Below are positions 44,492 through 49,855 of a stretch of 49,855 nt of DNA, piece after piece. A program made the translations under genes and the position numbers. Source of the stretch: Capsulimonadales bacterium (GTDB taxonomy: Bacteria > Armatimonadota > Armatimonadia > Armatimonadales > Armatimonadaceae); the NCBI GenBank assembly GCA_033762295.1, contig JANRLW010000040.1, positions 1 to 49,855 on the forward strand, read 5' to 3'. The notes under the pieces are model-generated. The model made no database searches and was not told where the DNA came from. It worked only from the letters and a program-made list of their open reading frames with translations. Every line of letters starts with the position of its first letter. The first letter of the stretch is position 1.

Positions 44492-47287
44492 ATGAAACGA
44501 CCCCTTTCAGACGCGATCCGTTCGCTCGCGATTTCGGTGCTGCTTTTCGGCACCGCGGCCTTCGCGCAAACGGATCTGCTCGTAACGAATACCGAGGACG
44601 AGGGGCCGGGTTCATTACGGGAGGCGATCCTTCAGGCGAATGTCACTCCCGGAGCGGACACCATACGGTTTGCGATCCCCGGGCAACCGCTGGTCGGCGC
44701 GCATATTATTGCGCCGCTGTCACCGCTTCCCACCATTACCGAACGGGTTACCATCGACGGCACCACCCAACCCGGCTATTCCGCATCCGATGGTTTCCCA
44801 CGGATCCAGATCATCGGTACGGAAACCTTGACCTCGGAATTCAACGGGCTAACACTCTCCGCACCGAATAGCCTGGTCCGTGGCCTTGCCTTGAACCGTT
44901 GCGGAAACGCCGGCATCCGTCTCACCGCGAGCGCTCGTGGCTCGATTATCGAACGTTGCTTTATCGGAACCGACTACACCGGCGAAAACGCCCGGGCGAA
45001 CGCGGTCGGCATTCGGATCGAGGAGACGCAGGAGGCGATCGTACGGCATTGTCTGATCTCGGGTAACGATACGGGCGTTCTCCTTTCCGGAGAGGTGACC
45101 GGAACGGTCCTGCGCGACTGTTTGATCGGCACGGACCTCTTCGGCTACTACCCCGTCGGAAACACCTTAGGTATCGTCTTCCAGGACACCCATGGCGGTC
45201 GCGTCGAAAACTGTACCGTCGCAGCGAACGAACTCGGGGGAATTTTCCTTGGCCCCAACCTGACCCGGCGCGCGTTCATCTCCGATTGCCGGTTCGGCAT
45301 CGGGAACTTCGATGCGTTCCTTCCGAACGGTGGCGACGCAATCGCGCTCGGCAATGCGCAGCAGTGCGTCGTAGAACGGAATCGAATCACGTCCTCGTTT
45401 GGTGCAGGCATCTCGGTCGGCGGGCCGTCGGCTAGTGCCAACGATTTTGCTGACAATTTCATCGCCGGAAATGTCAACGGCATCGTCCTCTACGATCGTG
45501 CGACGAACAATCTGGTCCATACGTTCGGTGGCGGTAACGATTATGCCCGGATCCAGAGCAATTACGGACACGGCATTGTCCTCACGGCGAACGCAGGAAG
45601 CGGCAACCGAGCGGAATCCCTCATCGTGGAAAACAATCTGGGAAACGGAATCGCCGCGTTCGCCAGTGGCTTTACCGTCTCCGGCTGTTTTTTGAACGAC
45701 AATGGCCTCAACGGAGTTCTGGTTTCGCGTGAGGAGCCGAGCAAACCGTATGCCGAACGGGTACGGATCACCGGCACGACCTTCAAAAACAACGGTAACT
45801 TCGGAATCCGTCTGGAGGGGAATAAATCCGCCGGACAGGGTGGAAATCGCCTGCAGCCCGTGCCCCGCCTTTCGCAGGCGCTGGGAGGTGACGGTAGTCC
45901 GACAATCGCCGTAGGATCGCTCTCCGCCGCACCGAACAAACCGTTCGCCCTGGAGTTCTTCGCGGTGGAAGAGCCGGATCCTTCCGGCTTCGGCGAAGGC
46001 GAGGTCCTCCTGGGCAGCGGTACGGTCACGACCGACGCCGCAGGCAATGCGTCGTTTCTCATCGGAGGGCTGACCGCCGTGCCGAAGGGTATGTGGGTGA
46101 CCGCAACGGCGACCGATCCCGATGGCAATACGTCGGAGTTCTCCCTGGCCGTGGTCACCGAGCGGAACCCGGCACCGATCCTGGAATCCATTAGCCCGGA
46201 TACCCGAATCGCCGGTAGTCCCGCGTTCACCCTGGTCGTACGAGGGAAGGACTTCCAATCCGTCAGCAAAATCCAGTGGGACGGGCAGCAGAGGACCACC
46301 GTCTATATCAATTCGACCGAACTGCGCACCGACATCAGCGCCGATGACATCGCCACACCCCGAACTCTGGCGGTTTCGGTATACACTCCCGCGCCCGGCG
46401 GCGGTGTCTCCGCACCGCTGACCTTCACCGTTGCCAACCCGGTCCCGATTCTCACGACAATCACGCCAAATACCGTCCTTGCCGGAAGCGGGGCGGTAAC
46501 CGTGACCGTGACAGGGAGTAACTTTGTCGCAAGTTCGGTCGTGCGCCTGAACGGTACCGACCGACCGACGACGTTTGTCTCTGCGACCGAGTTGAAGGTG
46601 GTTCTGCCCGGTTCGGATACGGCGCTCGCAGGACTCAACACGATCACGGTCGTGACACCGGGGCCGGGGGGCGGGGAGAGCGGCGGACGCACGTTCACCG
46701 TGGAAAATCCGGTTCCGACGGTGACGGGAATCGACCCTGCCTTCGTCTTCGCCGGAAGCAGTGCCTTGACGGTGACCATCGACGGTACCGGCTACACCGC
46801 CGGTTCGGTCGTCCTCTGGAACGGTTCGCCGCGGACAACCTTCTTTGTGACCGGTACCCGGGTCCGTGTCAACCTCACCCGCGAGGACCTCGCGGTCGTC
46901 GGAGCGCATACCCTGACCGTGAAAACCCCCGGTCCCGGTGGCGGCGATTCCAATCCGGGCCGCTTTACCGTCATCGGCGTGCCACTGCTCGCCCTTGCGT
47001 CGGCGACGGCGGAACGGATCGGGGGCGAAACGCGGGTCACCTTCACCCTCCGCAATGTCGGCACGGCGACGGCGACCGGATTATCGGTCAAGTCTTCCAA
47101 ACTCGGCACGGCAGCGATTTTGGACCCGCTCACGCAATCCTACGGCAATCTGGCGGCAGGAGCGACCTCCGTACCGATTACCCTGCGCTTCACCGGCGAT
47201 GTCCCGGCGGGCGCGAATATCTTCCAGGTCACGGTGAAAGCCAGCGGAAAACTGTTCTCCGCCTCCCGCCGCGTCACCGTGCCCTGA
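44492..47287 (+). CDS. Exported CSLREA-type right-handed beta-helix protein with IPT/TIG repeats
   Basis: Signal peptide (AFA-Q); VTNTEDEGPGSLREAILQAN; ATATDPDGNTSEFS; three NPxP...PGGG repeats. Confidence 0.88.
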   Translation: MKRPLSDAIRSLAISVLLFGTAAFAQTDLLVTNTEDEGPGSLREAILQANVTPGADTIRFAIPGQPLVGAHIIAPLSPLPTITERVTIDGTTQPGYSASDGFPRIQIIGTETLTSEFNGLTLSAPNSLVRGLALNRCGNAGIRLTASARGSIIERCFIGTDYTGENARANAVGIRIEETQEAIVRHCLISGNDTGVLLSGEVTGTVLRDCLIGTDLFGYYPVGNTLGIVFQDTHGGRVENCTVAANELGGIFLGPNLTRRAFISDCRFGIGNFDAFLPNGGDAIALGNAQQCVVERNRITSSFGAGISVGGPSASANDFADNFIAGNVNGIVLYDRATNNLVHTFGGGNDYARIQSNYGHGIVLTANAGSGNRAESLIVENNLGNGIAAFASGFTVSGCFLNDNGLNGVLVSREEPSKPYAERVRITGTTFKNNGNFGIRLEGNKSAGQGGNRLQPVPRLSQALGGDGSPTIAVGSLSAAPNKPFALEFFAVEEPDPSGFGEGEVLLGSGTVTTDAAGNASFLIGGLTAVPKGMWVTATATDPDGNTSEFSLAVVTERNPAPILESISPDTRIAGSPAFTLVVRGKDFQSVSKIQWDGQQRTTVYINSTELRTDISADDIATPRTLAVSVYTPAPGGGVSAPLTFTVANPVPILTTITPNTVLAGSGAVTVTVTGSNFVASSVVRLNGTDRPTTFVSATELKVVLPGSDTALAGLNTITVVTPGPGGGESGGRTFTVENPVPTVTGIDPAFVFAGSSALTVTIDGTGYTAGSVVLWNGSPRTTFFVTGTRVRVNLTREDLAVVGAHTLTVKTPGPGGGDSNPGRFTVIGVPLLALASATAERIGGETRVTFTLRNVGTATATGLSVKSSKLGTAAILDPLTQSYGNLAAGATSVPITLRFTGDVPAGANIFQVTVKASGKLFSASRRVTVP

Positions 47288-47307
47288 CTTACAGCGATTT
47301 TGAAAAG

Positions 47308-49855
47308 ATGATGAACACAACCTGGGAAACGATGGAAACGATGGAAACGATGGAAACGACGGACAGGAACGCGATATCAAGGGCAAAAACGCGAAGCGGT
47401 ACGTTGCTGCGCCCCGCACGAATCGGCTTTACGGTCGTTTTGCTGGCCTGTCTCCTATTGTTTTCCTCGTCTGCCGCCCGGGCTGCGCTCGAACTCACGC
47501 TTTCGCCGGCGAAAGGAACCGTCACCCAGGGAGGGACAGCCACTTTCCGGGCAACCGTGACGAACACCGGGACCACCGCGATCCGTCTCAACCAGATTTC
47601 CGTCGCCTTCGATAACGGCGATCAGGCCGACATCGACCCTTCCGCTTTTTACGACGGCTTTGAGGGCGAGTTAGCGGCGGGCGCCTCAATCTCCTTCCGC
47701 ACCCTGTTCACCGTGACTGCCGAACCCACCGCCGCTCCCGCCACGTACAACGGCACCGTCCAAATCCTGGGTGGTGCGACTATGGACTCGCTCGACAACC
47801 TTGCCCAGAGGGATTTCTCGCTAACCATCGAAAGAAACACTAAGCCTCCTGTAATTGCACCAATTTCGGATGTCAGTGCTTCGGAAGGAGGCACCTTCAC
47901 CGGACCAACACCTTCTTTGACCGAAGGAGCGCTCCCTGTTTCCTGGACGCTAAGTTCCGCTCCTGCCGGTATGACCATTGATCAGCAGACGGGTATCGTT
48001 TCGTGGAGTCCCGTTTCCGCAAACCCGGAAGGACACCTTATTTCAATTAGGGCAACCAATGAATTCGGCAGTGACACCGCTTCATTCAGACTTTTTGTCG
48101 CTGCCGGTTATGTGGTAACCATCCGTACGGAGACCACTGAGGTTTCCGCTGGTATGCCAATCGTTTTGGTCGGTCGTGCCCAATACGTTGCTGATGGCAC
48201 ACCCGCCGCTAATGTGAATGTCGCGATTCGTTTCCGAGTGCGTGGTTTCATTAACGAACAAATTACGACAACTAATGCCTCCGGAAATTTTGGTTTTACC
48301 TATATTCCTCGGATCTATGAAGCAGGTATCACCGGCGTCGGTGCCAGCCATCCTGCGGTGACCGGCTTTTCGGAGCAAGATTCCTTTAAGGTGTTCGGAA
48401 TCGGACCAAAACCGGAAAAGGCCAGCGTTACGGTCATTCCCGATATTCCACTTCCCTTTGAGGTGACTTTTAAAAATTACGGAGATATGCCGTTACATGA
48501 CCTAACAGCGACTTTAAAGGATACCTTACCAGAGGTCATTAGCGGGACGCTCGAGGCTGTCCCGAATACTATCGCCGGAGAAACTACCTTTACCGTTCGA
48601 GGTACATTAAACGCACCTCCGACACAGACGACCGACTTCACACGGACCTTACAGGTTGAAATTCGAACCCGGGAGGGAGCGATTGCTGCTCTCCCACTCA
48701 ATGTCACCATTAAGCCACCAAAGCCTGAACTCCAATTTGATCCTGCCAAATTAGTTGCAAACCCGGTGCGGGGCCAACAAACGCTCGTTGAAATGGTAGT
48801 GAAAAACACGGGAGGAAAGATATCAAGTCCCCTCGATATTGCCCTGCCAAGACTTGATTGGTTGTCTACGGTAACTCCAAATCCTACCGAGCCACTGCCA
48901 CCGGGGGGTGTACTAAAGTTAGGTTTCGCACTAAAGCCACCGGGGGCAACGCCGTTGATTCCGGTCGAAGGAAATATTGCAGTCGCAAATAATCTGGCCT
49001 ATGGTCGACTAATTCCATTTCGGTTAACACCGATCTCAACCACAAAGGGCAAACTAACGGTTTCCGTAGTTGATGAAACTACTTTCTATTCTTCCGGAGA
49101 ATATCAACCGGTAGGTGGGCCACTATTAGTCGGTGCAAATATTCGTCTGATTAATCCGTTTGAGAATAACGCTGTAGTGGTTGAGGCCACTTCATCGTCC
49201 CCGGGCCAACCAACGGTTCTCAGCGACATACCGGAAGGCTCGTATCTTTTGGAGGTAATTGCGGATAACCACTCCAAGTTCACTTCACCGGTCGAAGTAA
49301 AGGCTGACGAACCCAATCCGGTCATTGCCTTCTTGTCCCGTGAGTCATTACGTTATACATGGCAAGTAACTCCCACGGAAATACCTGACGTTACAGTCAC
49401 GACACTCGAAGCCGTTTTTGAGACGAACGTCCCAAGGCCGGTAGTCACCGTGAGTCCTCCCCTTATTGACCTTGCGAAAATCCAAGGGTGTGTAACCCAA
49501 GTTTACTTGACTGTTACGAATCATGGCTTGATTGCAGCGCAGAATGCTCGCCTTAATCTGCCCTCTCATCCGAATTGGAAATTTACTCCACTGGTCGATT
49601 CCCTTGGCGATATACCAGCCCTAGGAACACGCCTTGTTCCCGTATTGATTGAACGCTTAGACTGCGATTTGGATGGTTCCCCGAAAGGTCCGCCCATTGC
49701 AAACGCAGCCAATGGTCCCTGTGAGTTAACATGGGATCTAACTTATGAATTGATCTGTGTTGGAACGAATCTCTATCGCGTTCCCGTGATGGTGCTCAAT
49801 GCCTCAGGAGACTGCAATAGTCCAGGGTTGCCTGGCGGTGGTGGCGGTGGTGGCG
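47308..49855 (+). CDS. Large exported multi-Ig-domain protein (partial, runs off the window; absent from the ORF track)
   Basis: Frame 1 appears open from ATG 47308 to the end by manual reading; signal peptide IGFTVVLLACLLLFSSSAARA; putative Ig motif APAGMTIDQQTGIVSW; LRYTWQVTPTEI...FETNVPRPVV. Confidence 0.88.
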   Translation, partial: MMNTTWETMETMETMETTDRNAISRAKTRSGTLLRPARIGFTVVLLACLLLFSSSAARAALELTLSPAKGTVTQGGTATFRATVTNTGTTAIRLNQISVAFDNGDQADIDPSAFYDGFEGELAAGASISFRTLFTVTAEPTAAPATYNGTVQILGGATMDSLDNLAQRDFSLTIERNTKPPVIAPISDVSASEGGTFTGPTPSLTEGALPVSWTLSSAPAGMTIDQQTGIVSWSPVSANPEGHLISIRATNEFGSDTASFRLFVAAGYVVTIRTETTEVSAGMPIVLVGRAQYVADGTPAANVNVAIRFRVRGFINEQITTTNASGNFGFTYIPRIYEAGITGVGASHPAVTGFSEQDSFKVFGIGPKPEKASVTVIPDIPLPFEVTFKNYGDMPLHDLTATLKDTLPEVISGTLEAVPNTIAGETTFTVRGTLNAPPTQTTDFTRTLQVEIRTREGAIAALPLNVTIKPPKPELQFDPAKLVANPVRGQQTLVEMVVKNTGGKISSPLDIALPRLDWLSTVTPNPTEPLPPGGVLKLGFALKPPGATPLIPVEGNIAVANNLAYGRLIPFRLTPISTTKGKLTVSVVDETTFYSSGEYQPVGGPLLVGANIRLINPFENNAVVVEATSSSPGQPTVLSDIPEGSYLLEVIADNHSKFTSPVEVKADEPNPVIAFLSRESLRYTWQVTPTEIPDVTVTTLEAVFETNVPRPVVTVSPPLIDLAKIQGCVTQVYLTVTNHGLIAAQNARLNLPSHPNWKFTPLVDSLGDIPALGTRLVPVLIERLDCDLDGSPKGPPIANAANGPCELTWDLTYELICVGTNLYRVPVMVLNASGDCNSPGLPGGGGGGG
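47325..47360 (+). repeat. 9-bp tandem repeat GGAAACGAT x4 (last copy GGAAACGAC)
   Basis: Read directly; in frame, encodes ETMETMETMETT. Confidence 0.95.

Noticed and set aside
34311..49855. Intact prophage, ICE or IS element
   Set aside because: No integrase, transposase, phage structural genes, terminal inverted repeats or tRNA 3' duplication seen in the window.

Overview
High-GC bacterial chromosome, most consistent with Armatimonadota ([10 protein letters not shown] prepilin-like paralogues, a PEP-CTERM protein, many TPR and large exported proteins); this taxonomy is inference. From 1 to 34.3 kb are core and catabolic genes. They include an orphan N6-adenine methyltransferase, DUF4185, GNAT, a BSP peptidase, an ALDH and a UgtP-like glycosyltransferase. 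A LacI-controlled locus links a large clan-A glycoside hydrolase to two [prepilin-like + TPR + small protein] modules and a CRTAC1/ASPIC lipoprotein. Further genes are a ThrC-like gene behind a T-box whose specifier codon is Met, hemC, a triple amidohydrolase fusion, pip and tRNA-Thr(TGT). From 34.3 kb to the end is an accessory region: a frameshifted Gam-like phage remnant, a TPR protein, an orphan PEP-CTERM tail, a VapBC-type module, a PEP-CTERM protein, an AfsR/SARP-type activator lacking its ATPase domain, and three very large exported proteins (the last runs off the window). The strongest non-obvious signals are three. First, three promoters share TGTGGCAGT-N8-TACAATG, a SARP-like operator geometry, around the SARP gene. 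Second, a Met T-box sits on the 'threonine synthase'. Third, the pilin/TPR locus resembles a polysaccharide-utilisation locus. All calls are by eye; no searches were run.
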